DNA from: Owenia fusiformis
Taxonomy: Eukaryota
NCBI GenBank assembly: GCA_903813345.2
Contig: CAIIXF020000001.1
Span: 45,136,001 to 45,200,000 of the forward strand
Direction: 5' to 3'
Length of the DNA: 64,000 bases
The first letter of the stretch is position 1; each line of letters begins with the position of its first letter. Below the pieces are notes generated by a model. It was not told where the DNA came from. It saw nothing but the letters and a program-made list of their open reading frames with translations, and made no database searches. Positions 26,652-40,100 of the stretch are shown here, piece after piece. The position numbers and the translations under genes were made by a program.

Positions 26652-26879
26652 GAAATTGATAATGACGGGGAAAACTATGATGCAATAGTGAATGTCTTAC
26701 ATGTGAATATTTCCCAAAAATGTAGCCCATTTTTGTGTGAGCACACTATCCTAAATGAAGAGCATTTTTCTGAAAATTGATAATGACGTGGGAAAACTAT
26801 GATGTTAGTGAAGGTCTTACATGTGAATATTTCCAAAAAATGTAGCCCATTTTGTGTGAGCACACTATCCTAAATGAAG
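26652..26879. repeat. Tandem duplication, ~120-bp unit x2
   Basis: GAAATTGATAATGACG...TCTTACATGTGAATATTTCC...GTGAGCACACTATCCTAAATGAAG at 26652 and again at ~26772. Confidence 0.9.
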
Positions 26880-27635
26880 GCCTAAAAGTTTAATTTCACA
26901 ATTTATAGTCATATATTATATCAATTCGAAGCTCTGTGTTGGTTTTGCGAGATCACAATAACCACAATGGGCAACATTTGAAAACACAAAAGACTAACGT
27001 AACGTACCTGTCGAATATATGACCACAAAAAGCAATGTTAGTCCGATATTACAACTTGGAGTTCTTCCTGGCATCATTATTACTATAAATGACCAATGGT
27101 CAGTCAGTCCTTCATCCTTACAATAAGTTGTATTTGGTGTTGTATAATCCAGTAGTCCTTGGTGGGACTGCGTTTCACAGTAATCAAAAACTTGATAAAA
27201 AATATTAGACGTGGAATGTAAAAAAAAATTGCCTTGAGTATCCTTACAATTGGATAATTAACACCGGCTCTACTGGTAGTGTCAGTGAAGATTCGAGATA
27301 CCAAACGCGAAGTAAGTTCTTATATAAAGTGCAATGGGAAGGATAGCGCGGCTTTAAATTACATGTTGATAAGAAGGGGGTGCTGATTGGTAGGAATCAG
27401 TGAGTAAACACAAGGAAAAAGTCCACTTCCATGAGCTAAGCTGTTAATGGTTATGCGATAGGATTGAAACTAAATTATGCACAATGACCTAAAAATATAG
27501 TTGTTGTAGGAAAATGACATCGTCCTGAAACAACATGTCCTAGAAGTATGTTGCTGTCCATTTTTAAGGATAGTACTTACAAATACTCTTTCCTGTTACA
27601 TTTTTATTTATCACATCGTTGTCGTTTTTGTAATG

Positions 27636-27775
27636 TTATTATGTCAGCTCCAAAAGCGGTGACATATTGTTGTGGTTTCCAACTTAATTGTGACGGCAGT
27701 TTGCGTCCAGTCGTCGGCGGTCGGCGTCTGTAACAAATGGCAGGCTGTGACATGTGTATGTCTTGTTTGTTTTGA
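27636..27775. repeat. Short dispersed element; related pieces at ~37625-37720 and ~62025-62090
   Basis: Shared GGCG-rich run followed by CGTCTGTAACAAATGGCAGG...TGACAT. Two copies start with TTATGTCA. Confidence 0.55.
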
Positions 27776-29253
27776 CATAACTCTGTGAGTGATGATGAAA
27801 TATTCTTGAAATTTAGATACCAGACGGGCATCTGAAAGTTCCACAGGAAAAACTAATCAACTTAGTTTTAGAGAAAACCATCATCATATACATCGAAATA
27901 TATCATCATATCATCATCATCATATATATCTGAAAATGTCATTAAGTAACATTGCTTAGTTTTAGAGAAATACTTGTTTTAGTAGCCTCGTCCATTATTT
28001 CCACATTCAGCTCTAATGGAGATCATTTAGACCATGTTAACTAAAATGTTATCTTCCGTAAGTAGTATACATTTCTATGAATTTTTCATCATTTCTGTTT
28101 AATTTGGGTACAATTTTTGGGACACCCTGTAGGCCTCATGGCTTTAGTAAAATGCTTGCATTTTCTCTTTTTGCACGACGACCTATAATAGAAATTATAT
28201 TTTTTGATTGATGATAAGCACTGCTCCACAACTAGTTACTTTGACGGAACGTCAATGTAACAAAATGGATGAACTTCCTGGATACGAGTTTTTGGTTTTC
28301 TCGATTTAAACTTACGTATAAGTCATGTTGCGGATTATCATTTGGCACAAAGCTAGACAATATAGTCTAGAGAAAGGACATGCCATTGACGCAAGCATTT
28401 ATACTCGAGGTTCTGCACCACAGAATGAAGCATTCATTGTGCAGCTGTTCGTCCATAAATGTGATTTTCGTACTTGTACACAGTGTTATAGACGACGATT
28501 TAAGAAGATCACACTTACGGATCCATACTTACGGACGTATAGAACTGCGCAATAAATGCTGACGTAATCAAACGCTTCATGAGTTATACGTTATACTGGA
28601 ATAATAAACATGTTATAAATGAGTGGCAAAATCTCTTTATAGTGCTCCCTGTACAAAATGGAACATTCACGATATGTGACAGTTTGGAATTGTTAGACCA
28701 CACTGCCATCTTTCTATCGATCATAGATCGATACTAAAGACCTGTTATACTTCATTCATACAATAAAACTCATTAATGCAATAAATGTACAGTACATCAA
28801 ACATCATTGGATTTGCAATATTTATACGAAGTTTTCAATGCTTTGCAGATTTTTATTATTGTGCGCTTATTCCCGAGTGAAAAATTGGGAAAAATGCAGA
28901 AATTCCATTCTCAGGATTTTGAAATAGAGCTTACCGTACAATGGATAGTGCTTCACGCTCAAGATTTAATATAGAATGTTAAATTGACTTATGAATTTTA
29001 CTGAAATCTTGATTGTAACTAAGTTGTAGAAAACTGATGAATTTCAATTGAATAAATTACTTCAACATATTATGTTATGAGTAGTAATATTCATCGTGTG
29101 AAGGCTTAATTGCGAACGTTAACAATCTGTATGGAATATTTAATCATTCAATTTTCTAGTCTTTTTTAGAAATCAGATCAAATACAATACCATACCAAAA
29201 CAAACAGATCTCACATATTCATAAATTAAATTTCTCTTATTGAAGTAATGGGT

Positions 29254-29269
29254 GGCCCTGAGAAGGGCC
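29254..29269 (-). terminator. Histone 3' stem-loop of the minus-strand H1
   Basis: The minus strand reads AAA-GGCCCTTCTCAGGGCC-ACCCA, followed by a purine-rich AAGAGAAA (HDE-like). Confidence 0.93.
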
Positions 29270-29299
29270 TTTGTGTTTGTGTTACTGGTGTGAATCAGT

Positions 29300-29830
29300 C
29301 TATTTCTTGGCTGCTGGCTTCTTTGCGGCCTTCTTGGCGGGTTTCTTGGCAGCGGGCTTCTTGGCTGCTGGTTTCTTGGCTGCTGGTTTCTTGGCTGCTG
29401 GTTTCTTGGCTGCTGGTTTCTTAGCTGCTGGTTTCTTGGCTGCTGGTTTCTTGGCGACCTTCTTGGCCTTGGGCTTCTTTGCCTTCTTGACCTTCTTGGG
29501 TTTCTTGGCCTTGGGCTTCTTTGCTTTCTTGGGCTTCTCTACTTTGCCAACTTTGAAGCTGCCTGATGCTCCGGTTCCCTTGGCTTGTTTGAGTGTGCCT
29601 GCTGTTACTCCACGTTTAAGAGCAAGTTTAACTTGTGCGTTGACTGAGGCATCACCACCGAGTCCTTTGAAGTTAGCCTTGATGTATTTCACGATGGCTT
29701 GTCGGGATGATCCAGTGCGTTCCTTCAAAGCGCTGATAGCTGCGGCGATCATCACGCTGTATTTAGGGTGAGCAGCTGGTGCCTTAGGCTTGGATGCCTT
29801 CTTGGCCTTGACTGGTGACTTTGCAGACAT
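29300..29830 (-). CDS. H1: Histone H1 (replication-dependent type), 176 aa
   Basis: Intronless. Globular domain [26 protein letters not shown]...[10 protein letters not shown], a KKPAA-repeat tail, and a 3' stem-loop. Confidence 0.98.
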   Translation of the reverse strand: MSAKSPVKAKKASKPKAPAAHPKYSVMIAAAISALKERTGSSRQAIVKYIKANFKGLGGDASVNAQVKLALKRGVTAGTLKQAKGTGASGSFKVGKVEKPKKAKKPKAKKPKKVKKAKKPKAKKVAKKPAAKKPAAKKPAAKKPAAKKPAAKKPAAKKPAAKKPAKKAAKKPAAKK

Positions 29831-29904
29831 GCTGAGAGTTTTGCGATCGCTGTAGAATTTCTACTAAGATTTGCAATAGAATAATTTCCCCTCTCTATAT
29901 TGTT

Positions 29905-29998
29905 ACCTTTTATAGTGCGCTACGCGGACGTCAGAGAACAACAGAACGTATTATCGAGTATCCATTAAATCCGAATTCTTGAGATCAAATATGTGTTT
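29905..29998 (-). promoter_or_regulatory. H1 promoter: TATAAAA, TGACGTCCGCG element, AC-box AAACACA
   Basis: On the minus strand, AAACACA is 168 nt and TTCTCTGACGTCCGCGT is 108 nt upstream of the ATG. The spacing is the same in the other H1 copy. Confidence 0.8.
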
Positions 29999-32940
29999 CT
30001 TGTCCACTTTCAAACATTATTTTGTTGCACTTATTATATACTTCCCTGTGTGTTCAATGTCTTATTTGAAAGCCAGTATATCAACGCTGCTATCTATCTT
30101 TGAAATATAAACTAGTTATTCACGGAATTCGAAGATCAACGTTTGAAAGTCTTAATGAGTGGTTAATAAAACAGTTATATTTTATCTATGTCTAATTATC
30201 GTTCTTCATTGTTTACCGCAACCACTTCTCTTTGTAATGATGAAAAACTTCAAACCTTTGGCTTGGATTTGGTACCATACATGAATACAATAATAATTGT
30301 TTTAAGGGGGGAATTTATAGATTGATTTAGGACACAAACACACCGAAATGCAGCTATTTGGCTAGCCGCCATTTTCATCGATTTTCTCTGCATTTCTTCA
30401 AATAGAACTGAGTTCGATCTATATTTACACACGGTCATGTTTTTTTAATTGTTTTACGGAAGGGGATTGTAAAATGTGATTAAATATATTATAATTACCT
30501 AAAGTAATTAACATTTTATGCATATATTAAATAAATTATGGGTTTTTTCTTCTGTATTAGGTTTTACAGAATATCAATCTTGTTTAACCTACTTCAGCAT
30601 GACTTGGGTCAAACGACAATATATGTCTTTGTGAGCTTGATCAAAACGATCAAGAGTTTGATCTCTCCACTCCTAATCGACAAATCAACAAACATATCCA
30701 ACTAATACACTTGACTGATTGACCAGTAAGTAATGTGATAATAAGATTATTATAAGCCAGAACCAGAACAAAGATTGAAACATAGGCAATCAAATATGTG
30801 TAGTTTTGCATTTTAGCTTTATTTTCAACATAGCATTTTTAAATGGAATATATTAGAAGGAGACAGAAGTTTGATGCAGGACACAAAGTATGAAGTCTGC
30901 TCTGTTGTCCATAATCTAATAGAATGGTTGGCTTTTTATTTAAATGCTTTGTTCTGTTTGCATTTTTAGGCACATGGAATAAAGCTTTCATACAATTGTT
31001 GGAATTGCTATTATACTTTGACTCAAACAATTTTTAATTGTACATTTTTCCCCAAATGGGTCTGCTTCATTTATTCATTCGAAATTGAACAAGCATAAAT
31101 GGCAACCACCTGGTTACAATTCATCTCCAGCCCAATGAGCGACAAAAGGTTACTTTCATTGACATTGCCTTATCTCACCCTCACCATCTTCAGCCTTCTT
31201 TTGATAATATGCACACCCATATACATTACATAAGTCTCTGAAATTGATATAATGGGGCAGAGGTTAGATGCAAGGGAATGAAGACTTCATGTAAGCCGAC
31301 TGCTGCAGAGATGGCTATTTATTTATCTGCCAGGTCAAGTTTTAGACAAGTTTGGCCTGGTGAAGTTACGATTTGAAGGAATATCATGTCATAATATCAC
31401 TGCTATCATGATACATCATTGATGAATAAAAAAACAAATAACAAAATTTCAAACAAGTTAATGTTACTTAGGCCTTAATCGATTTATTTTGTATATCCCG
31501 AACCAAATTAAATGTATTCTGCACTATTATAAAATGTAAACAGGTTATTTCGCGCTCCCGCAATTTATTTGCGCCCTTGAATCTAGGCGCGAGTTTCGAT
31601 TTTGATAATCTTATAAATATTAGTATTGGCCGTCACGTGATTCTTTTCAAAGTATGTATAGAAGGATTAAGAATGAACTCCAAATAATGCGAACATTAAC
31701 TCGTACCATATTTATTTAAAAATCAATACTTTGGCATACATGCTAGACATGTACATTCACCCCCAATTTCGTGCGTGCTTGGATATTGATTAGTTTGGGG
31801 TGACTTAGGATACTTAAGGTTGCCCTTTGCAGGCTTGATCATGATCATTTCACCTTTCTCCTCGCAATGTCAACTGTTATGAAGGATTTGGGACTGAGAG
31901 GATATAGGTCCATGATTACAGTAACCTGATTCCTAAGGAGTTTTTCGTGATTGTTCAGTATGGTTCCACACAAAAAAACTATCTTAATATCCAAAAACGT
32001 TTAACTTCTTGAACTTTTAATATTATCACATATTAATATGAACAAGTTCCAGCACCAAGCCTTTCATTTTTACTGGAAAAATTGATACTATGTACATTAT
32101 ACAAAATAAAACCAAATACCCACTAGTGTAGTTTGTGAATGAATTATTTTTCAAAATGGCGCCCTAAAAGTACATCTGTTTAGAAAATCATCAACTGTTA
32201 AAACTGAACAGCCTTTTGCTCATACTTTAGCCATTAAAACTGCCATTTTAAACATGCATGTATAAACGACTTCTTCAGAGCAAGTCATCAGATACAAATA
32301 CGGAATGATTTCATCCAAAAAAAGTTTTAATCCGATAGCAGCAAAATCAGAATGTTGTTGAAAATTTCCAATTGGTTTCTCGACATAACGGTTTCAACAT
32401 TTCCCGAGAACTTTGTAATCTCAAATCCTAATATCTCGTTTTTACATAAGTAAGATTCCAAAACTGTAGAGGATAATTTATTTCAATACATTAGTATGCA
32501 TTAGATGTCTAAGAAATGGGTTAATCGAACATCATTAATCCAAAACAAATCACAACATAATATTGAGCGGGATAAGATGGCGATGGTTCAAACATTTGTG
32601 TTTGTGTGTTGTTACAAACTTGCTTTTTCCTCTATGAATCTCAATCATAGTTCTACCATATTTGGTACCAAATTGAAGCGAATATGATGAATTTCAATAT
32701 TTATCAGAAAACAATCGTATCCGGTATTGCATTTTTAAAGATAAGTATAATCAAAACAAAAGTTATTGTTTTTTAGAAGATATTTTTTCGATTAAGGATG
32801 ATTTTCGTCTATAATGACAATTTATTCATATTTTCTTTATAAAGTAACAAAATCTAGAATCATTTAGCTTTCATTTAATGTATTGAGTTTCTAGAAGTGG
32901 TGGATATTCATTGTACAAAGGTGTTCTGGAAATTGGTAAG

Positions 32941-33031
32941 AAACACAACTTAAAATTTAAGTGGAACATTTTAATGGACGGACTCGCAATCCAGATATCT
33001 TTCTCTGACGTCCGCGTGGCCTCTAATAAAA
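32941..33031 (+). promoter_or_regulatory. H1 promoter: AC-box AAACACA, TGACGTCCGCG element, TATA-like TAATAAAA
   Basis: AAACACA at 32941 and TTCTCTGACGTCCGCGT at 33001. Both positions are conserved relative to the paralog. Confidence 0.8.
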
Positions 33032-33108
33032 GCGGAGTCAAAGCCAGAGGGAAATTATTCATTTGTAAATCTCAGTAGAAATTCTACAGCGATCGCAAAA
33101 CTCTCAGC

Positions 33109-33639
33109 ATGTCTGCAAAGTCACCAGTCAAGGCCAAGAAGGCATCCAAGCCTAAGGCACCAGCTGCTCACCCTAAATACAGCGTGATGATCGCCGCAGC
33201 TATCAGCGCTTTGAAGGAACGCACTGGATCATCCCGACAAGCCATCGTGAAATTCATCAAGGCTAACTTCAAAGGACTCGGTGCCGATGCCTCAATCAAC
33301 GCACACGTCAAATTGGCTCTTAAGCGAGGAGTAACAGCAGGCACACTCAAACAAGCCAAGGGAACCGGAGCATCAGGCAGCTTCAAAGTTGGCAAAGTAG
33401 AGAAGCCCAAGAAAGCAAAGAAGCCCAAGGCCAAGAAACCCAAGAAGGTCAAGAAGGCAAAGAAGCCCAAAGCCAAGAAGGTCGCCAAGAAACCAGCAGC
33501 CAAGAAGGCAGCCAAGAAACCAGCAGCTAAGAAACCAGCAGCCAAGAAACCAGCAGCCAAGAAACCAGCAGCTAAGAAACCTGCAGCCAAGAAACCCGCT
33601 GCCAAGAAGGCCGCCAAGAAGCCAGCAGCCAAGAAATAG
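33109..33639 (+). CDS. H1: Histone H1 (replication-dependent type), 176 aa
   Basis: Near-identical paralog of 29300-29830 in the opposite orientation. Confidence 0.98.
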   Translation: MSAKSPVKAKKASKPKAPAAHPKYSVMIAAAISALKERTGSSRQAIVKFIKANFKGLGADASINAHVKLALKRGVTAGTLKQAKGTGASGSFKVGKVEKPKKAKKPKAKKPKKVKKAKKPKAKKVAKKPAAKKAAKKPAAKKPAAKKPAAKKPAAKKPAAKKPAAKKAAKKPAAKK

Positions 33640-33669
33640 ACTGATTCACACCGGTCACAAAAACACAAA

Positions 33670-33685
33670 GGCCCTTCTCAGGGCC
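33670..33685 (+). terminator. Histone 3' stem-loop of the plus-strand H1
   Basis: AAA-GGCCCTTCTCAGGGCC-ACCCA, then AAAAGAGAGA (HDE-like). Confidence 0.93.
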
Positions 33686-35400
33686 ACCCATTATTTACAA
33701 AAGAGAGATTGATTTATGAATTTTGCGAAATAGATTTAGCATTTTTACTCAAATCGTGTCTCATTCAGATTGATACTCTGTCTATTTGTTTGATATAAAG
33801 AATCAAAATATTTTATCCTCAAAATAAATGCGGATAGTTGATATCGACATTTACTTTACATTTGAAACTCTAGAAACGGATTCTTTTGAGATATATTATA
33901 TTGACATATTGGTCAGAATACCAGAAATATTACTTAAATCTATTATATTATAGCCTCTATATATTTCTGATTATTGTTTTAACATAACATACATGTACAT
34001 TTATAGTGTTTGTACATGTCCTGGTCCAAATATTTCAGTTGTGTGCTGTCATCTGAATCTGATTTGTATGAATGTATTTCACATTTGTGTCTTCTGTAAG
34101 GTCTTTTGAAATTCTTTGACAAACCTAAACAGATAAGTATTATGTAGTTTCTCTCAGAAATAATTAAGCGAAGCTTTTCTGTGGATATGTTCTTGAAACA
34201 ATTGTTTTAATGAGATCCAGCAGTGAAAGTACCAAAGAAAAAATTAAAAGACTATCCATTAGCTTTAATGTCATGTTTAAGAACCCATATTCTTACCATC
34301 GAAAATATATCAACTTGAGTACTTCAGAACTTTTTGTTGGCTCTGAGATGAAATGGGAACAGATTTCTACCATAGGCAGAAGTGACATCTTTGAATCAAT
34401 GCATTATTATGATTTTGAATCTACAGCATTTATTCATATATTGCAGTGTTTTTACATATAGATGTCACTCAATAACGTTTAATTGGCAAAATAAGTGAGG
34501 TCAATCGCATCCTGTGGTGCTATATTGTGATCAGTTTGCCAGGCGGTTGGATGGACAGGCGATCGATCTGTCGGGTGGGGGTCACGATGAATCTTGTATA
34601 CAGGTTTCCAGCCAAATCGTTTCATGGGTTCATCTGAAAAATTGTTAGGGATGTTTCTTGGTATGAAAGTCTACACCTAATTAGTTACTAGGTATTCAAT
34701 GTTAAGGTGGCCATTTCACTTCATTTCCGTCCCAAAACCTGTTTATTCTATTAAAAGGTGCGATACTTTTCACCCTGTGCCTTGTAAACCTTCACCTCGT
34801 CATTGAATATGTTCTTCAGATTAGCTTTTATGGTCTAACTATCATCATCAGTGATGTGAGATGACGGAACAGATCTAACCAACAATGTTTTGCTTTTTGT
34901 TTAAGAACCTTTTCAAAATATCTAAGCACGAGTATCAAAGGGAAGACAAAAAACTGTAAATAAATCTAGCAAGAAAAGAAAACCCTGAGAGTAAACCTGT
35001 CATAAGAAAAAAGACATGTATCCAAAAACCATGATCCAAAGTGAAAAAAAATAATGTCTAACACCCCCCCCCCCTCCTCCTTCCTCTCCAATCGGGAGCC
35101 AATGACCAAAACACCATACTGAAGTCATTGCAACTACATGTTGAAGAAAAAAATAATGTGATAGCCAAATCTCATAACATCAAGAATAGTAGACACCATA
35201 TTCAGTCTCAAATTATGTGGGATAGACAAAATCCAGTCTCGAAGCCCATGGGCAATTCAAATGCTTAACACATGAGCGTAGCCAGGAGGGGGGAAGTAAA
35301 TTTTTAATTCTTTTCGAGAGGTGAATCCCTGTACCCCCGCTCGCAGGGACACAGACCCTACAAATCGCATCCCACAAAGGATTTCTAAGCCTTGAGAGAG

Positions 35401-36284
35401 CGTCCCATTATTTCCACATTGTTATAACAATTTTTACAGGTTTTGGGATAAGTACACTATATTTTTCAATTTTTCACGAGGAATTCATTTCTGAGGTACA
35501 TTTCAATGGATCTCATCAGTCTCCTTTTGGAGATATCCAGTACCACATTGTTATAAGTGCAAAATGAGGCAAAACATTTAGGCCCACCTTGTCATATCCG
35601 TTTGGGTAGGCAGCAGAGCCAATCAGATACATAATTTTGGTCATGTGACAAATAGTTATAACAATGTGGAAATAATGGGACGATCTGTTACTAGCATACT
35701 TTGCAGGTAATTTACAAAGGAGATCATAAATCATGACACCATACATGTAGTACAAACAAAAGAAAGCAGATTTGACATTATTTGTAACAAAAAAATCATT
35801 CAGTTTAACTTAATCAACTACTGACCCTGTTATGGCCTTTTTACCTTTTAAAGATCTGGTGGATTTATCCAAAATATTTACAATTTTTCGCACTTAAGTT
35901 GTGTTGTTATGGCAACCACTTGACCAATCATAATCAAACTTGTCATGGCAACTAATTATAGGTGGATACATAATCCCTAGAAATATGAATGTGATTGAAG
36001 GTATATATTAACACAGAATAACCAGAATAATGGTATACGAAACAATAACAAAATGGAAGTGAATAAAAATTCAGTTTTCAGGGTTATTTTGATATTTCAA
36101 AAACAAGAAACCATAAAAAAAGATGATTTTTGCTCTGCAATGCCTGCATATACAAATGATTACCTATACGATAAATTAAGTTTTTAAAAAGTTCTACTCA
36201 AAAGTTATGAAGACCTAAACTTCAACCTTTGATTTCTCAATATCAGCGAAAATGCAATTGTAACAATGTGGAAATAATGGGACG
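35401..36284. mobile_element. MITE-like region with repeated CGTCCCATTATTTCCACATT ends
   Basis: The motif occurs forward at 35401, inverted at ~35655-35682 and ~36260-36284, and as a further copy at ~27989. Confidence 0.55.
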
Positions 36285-36812
36285 AGAGATAGACATAGAG
36301 GCATTTTTGTTTTTCTTTTAATAGCACAACTTTGAAGAAAAACAGTGCAGTACGAAACAAACAATCCTTGATTTTCAAACACCTGGTAGGTTTGAAATTC
36401 AAATTAACGGTTTTGCGGGACGTAGTCGTTTCGATACGTCCTGTATACATAATTGGATCAGTATTTTCCAAGATATAGTGATTTTCCATTAGCGATTTTC
36501 GTATTTTCCTAGTACAACTATCTTTTGAGCAGGTGTCCAAGGCATCATGTTTTACAACTAATCATTTACAGGAGCTATACATACACAGTCTCTTCTTTAT
36601 TTCCTGAAAATATGAACATAATTGAACCAGCATTCTTCAAGATATAGCGATTTCTTTGGGTTGCGTTTTTTTTAACACCCTGTAGTTGGTTCTCTGTGTA
36701 AATGATGACTGTCTATCTACGGGAAGCTGGATTCTTTATCGCCATAGGTTTGGAGACACACAACCAATTGATCCTTCCACTACGAATAGATGGCATTTAA
36801 AAAACAAGAATA

Positions 36813-37445
36813 CAGGGTGTCCCGAAAGTATGCCCCTCCCCCCCCCTAGGCAGACATATTCCAGTGTCCTCATAATATGCGTCATATATCATGTTAAAGC
36901 TTATCCAAAGTTACATTGATCTGCCAAGTATCATGGTTTAACTCCCAAATTGGAAAAAGTTACAGTCATTTTAAAAGTTCGTGTTTTGTCAAAATAAAGT
37001 TCAATTTTACACCACATTACTAGTCAATGAGTCCCCCCTTGGCCATGTGAACAGCAGCAATTATTTTCAGATATGACCTTAAAAGCCCTTCATATAGGGG
37101 CGTGGAATTTTATAACCCTCTTAAAACCTGTTAAGCCACTTTAGAAGAGTTTCCTTAGAGTTCTCTTTTTCCAACTCAATATCCATCCGACCCGAAAAGA
37201 ATTGATGCTGTTACGATAGCCCAGGAGGACACATTGACTATTGATTTGGTGTAAAATTGAACTTAATTTTGACCAAACACTAGATTTTGAAATGCCTGTA
37301 ATTTTTTCACATTTGAGAGTTGAACCATGATACTTGACAAATCAATGTAACTTTGGATACGCTTTAAAATGATATATGACACATACTATGGCGACACTGG
37401 TATATGTCTGCCTAGGGGGGAGGGCCATACTTTCGGGACACCCTG
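36813..37445. mobile_element. Tc1/mariner-type foldback MITE, TA TSD
   Basis: TA|CAGGGTGTCCCGAAAGTATG...CATACTTTCGGGACACCCTG|TA, with inverted arms of over 200 bp. Confidence 0.92.
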
Positions 37446-38237
37446 TATAGTCCATTATTGTAATTACATTAACATCACCAGTGGTTGGATTTCGATAAGT
37501 ACATGAATGAAAATATGTATGTATGGACCAACTCTAGAACATGGTTTGATGTGACGAAGGTGCATTTTCTTTAAAATATTTGACCTTTGTGACCTGCCTC
37601 AATCTGTCAAAATCAGAATGACAATTTTTATGTCACCACTAAAAAGTGTTATGGTCTCCGTTTTTTACGGCGGTCTGTGGTTGGCGGTTGGTGGTTGGCG
37701 ATCGGCGTCTGTAATAAATAGGATAGTTTCTAAATAGCAGAAAAAGCAATGGAATCTAGTGCTGCCATCTTTTATTCAGCTTTTAATTTGGGCTAGAGTT
37801 CCATTCACTTACATGCTATAATCTTGGCAAAGTGGCTTAATTTCATGATTTATCAAAGAGTCTTAGTTGAATCTATATAAAACTTGAATGATATACCACT
37901 TGATGACCCTGTTTAAGTACATGTTGTGATTAAACATGCAAATGTTGGTTGACATACAAATAATCCAAGGTTTTAAAGAATTTTAGCATTGTATCTATGG
38001 AGATTTGGTCCAAGTTTTTTTTAAATTGTCATAGAAAATTATTCAAACTACATAACTGTGTAAATCAAAGCTAATATAGGAGAAAACAGTTCACTGAATT
38101 CAAATATGCCATTCAAAAGAAGGTAATGTAAGCCATTAGTCTAATATGTAAATCTTTTAAAATCCCACAAAAAACGTGATTTAGCGAGATTTCAAAGGCT
38201 ATATGGAAACTATACTATTCTTACAACTTCCAATAAT

Positions 38238-39165
38238 CACTGCTACCCACCTAATTACACAGACGTATCGTCAGTGTATCATGGCGGAACTACTTCCGGG
38301 ACTAGGTTTCGGTAAGATTTTTTTAATAGAGAATTTTCGTTATACGTATTGATTCTACTTATACGGATACGTATACGTATGTTTATAAGTATAAGTATAA
38401 GTATAAGTTACAGATTAAAATCATGTTTCGTTATAAGTATAACATTAGAAACTTATATCAACAACGGCCGGTATAATGGACATAAAGTTCTAACACTATG
38501 TCACTGGGTGTTATGAATATCAATAATGTATGCAAGACAATGAAAAAAAGATAAGGTAACTTCTTACTTATAAACCCTGTTCTAACTGTAAAAAACGTAT
38601 AGCCTAACGAATAGAGAGCGCAAGTTGTGATGACGTATTACACAAAAGCCATACGTATAAGTATAAGTATAAGTATAAGGGGGCCAATTACGTATAACGA
38701 AAATTCTCTATTACCCGATTTACACCTACTTATAAGTCACGTTGTGGATAATAATTTGGCTCGAAGTTAAGGAAGATAGTCTAGTTTGAGAATGTGTCGA
38801 TGGTTTTAGGTTTTATATGTTTATAAAGAAGACACAATTCACGTATTTAGTCCCTCGCTTTTGTTACACTGACGAACGACCAATATCAGTGTAATATTGG
38901 CAATATTAATGCCGATCGTCAGTGTAACAAAAGTGAGGGACTAAATATGTGAAATGCGTCTTCGTTAACATACCAAACCTAAAACCATCGACACATTCTT
39001 AAACTAGACTATCTCCCATAACTTCGAGCCAAATTAAAAACCACATCGTGACTTATATGTAGATGTAAATCGAGAAATAAAAATATCTTACCAAATTCAA
39101 ATCCCGGAAGTAGTTCAGCCATGATACACTGACGATACGTCTGTGTAACTAGGTGGGTAGCAGTG
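38238..39165. mobile_element. Second copy of the CACTG foldback, 6-bp flanking duplication (AATAAT), carrying a nested insertion
   Basis: Colinear with 343-881 except for ~385 extra bp at 38325-38712. AATAAT occurs at 38232-38237 and 39166-39171. Confidence 0.92.
38325..38712. mobile_element. Nested MITE with AATAGAGAATTTTCGTTATACGTA termini and internal (GTATAA)n
   Basis: 24-bp perfect inverted ends. Absent from the 343-881 copy, which shows the empty site. Confidence 0.9.
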
Positions 39166-39239
39166 AATAATTGAACAAATACTGTTTAGACTGACTTCAA
39201 TTTCATCTACATGATTTTAGAAGTTCGTATCTGACTTTA

Positions 39240-39680
39240 TATTTAAGATTTGGCCTTCAATGACCTTTTCAAGGTCAAAAGGTATTTTTTCAACTTGCTT
39301 CAAATTGACCAATTTTTTTTCAAAATCATCTACAAGTTATCAGACTTTCAAATCTGCCTTTGGATTTTAGATTTGACCTTCAATGACATTCTCAAGGTCA
39401 TAAAAGGTCAAAAAGGCCTTTTTTCAACTTGCTTCAAATTGACCATTTTTCAAAATCATCTACAAGCTCTCCCTCTCATTCCTCTGAACATTCTAGTCTT
39501 ATCTGTCCTGATTTGAGATTTGACCTTCAATGACCCTTTCAAGGTCAAAAAAGTACTTTTTCAACTTGCTTCAAATTAACCAATTTTTTCAAAATCATCT
39601 ACAAGTCTCAACGGTTCAAATCTGACTATAGATATTTTTCTCTCATTTCTCTTAACATTCTAGTCTTATCTGTCAACAAA
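39240..39680. repeat. Internally repetitive element (TTGACCTTCAATGACC...AAGGTCA units x3)
   Basis: Three related units, homologous to 1-140. Confidence 0.75.
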
Positions 39681-39876
39681 TTAATTAACAGGCCATTACT
39701 TTGATATGTTCCGCAAGTACTAGAATTTCTAAAATGTTTGTTGGTGACACAGTTTTTAAGAAATATGTAGTTAAGAGAAGAGGTCAAGTGGATATCAGAC
39801 ATTAATTTAAATGTTGAATATTATGTAAAAACCATCTTCTAATTCTAATAAAAGTTACACCATCGTAACGCGTGAA

Positions 39877-39993
39877 GAATAGTACAATAACGTCATTTCT
39901 GCAGGCAATATAGTGAAATATTGGACCAAGGGCCGCAGGCCCAAGGTCCAATATTTCACTATTTTGCCCGCAGAAATGACGTTATTACTATTA
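39877..39993. repeat. ~115-bp hairpin with a GGCCGCAGGCC centre (non-autonomous TE-like)
   Basis: AATAGTACAATAACGTCATTTCTGC...GTGAAATATTGGACC / GGTCCAATATTTCAC...GCAGAAATGACGTTATTACTATT. Confidence 0.8.
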
Positions 39994-40100
39994 TTACCAC
40001 CGTTAATGCCCAGGGCTGAAATAGCAAATTTGAAATAGAAAATCTTACGCACTGAACGATATCACTTTTCCCGGGAAACATAGCCGGGCGGATAATGTCA

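Noticed and set aside
29271..33668. Hydrophobic (FLAAG)n ORFs of 166 aa resembling membrane proteins
   Set aside because: They are antisense to the KKPAA repeats of the two H1 genes.
38384..38680. (GTATAA)n as telomeric repeat
   Set aside because: The tracts are short, internal to a MITE, and are not TTAGGG/TTAGG.
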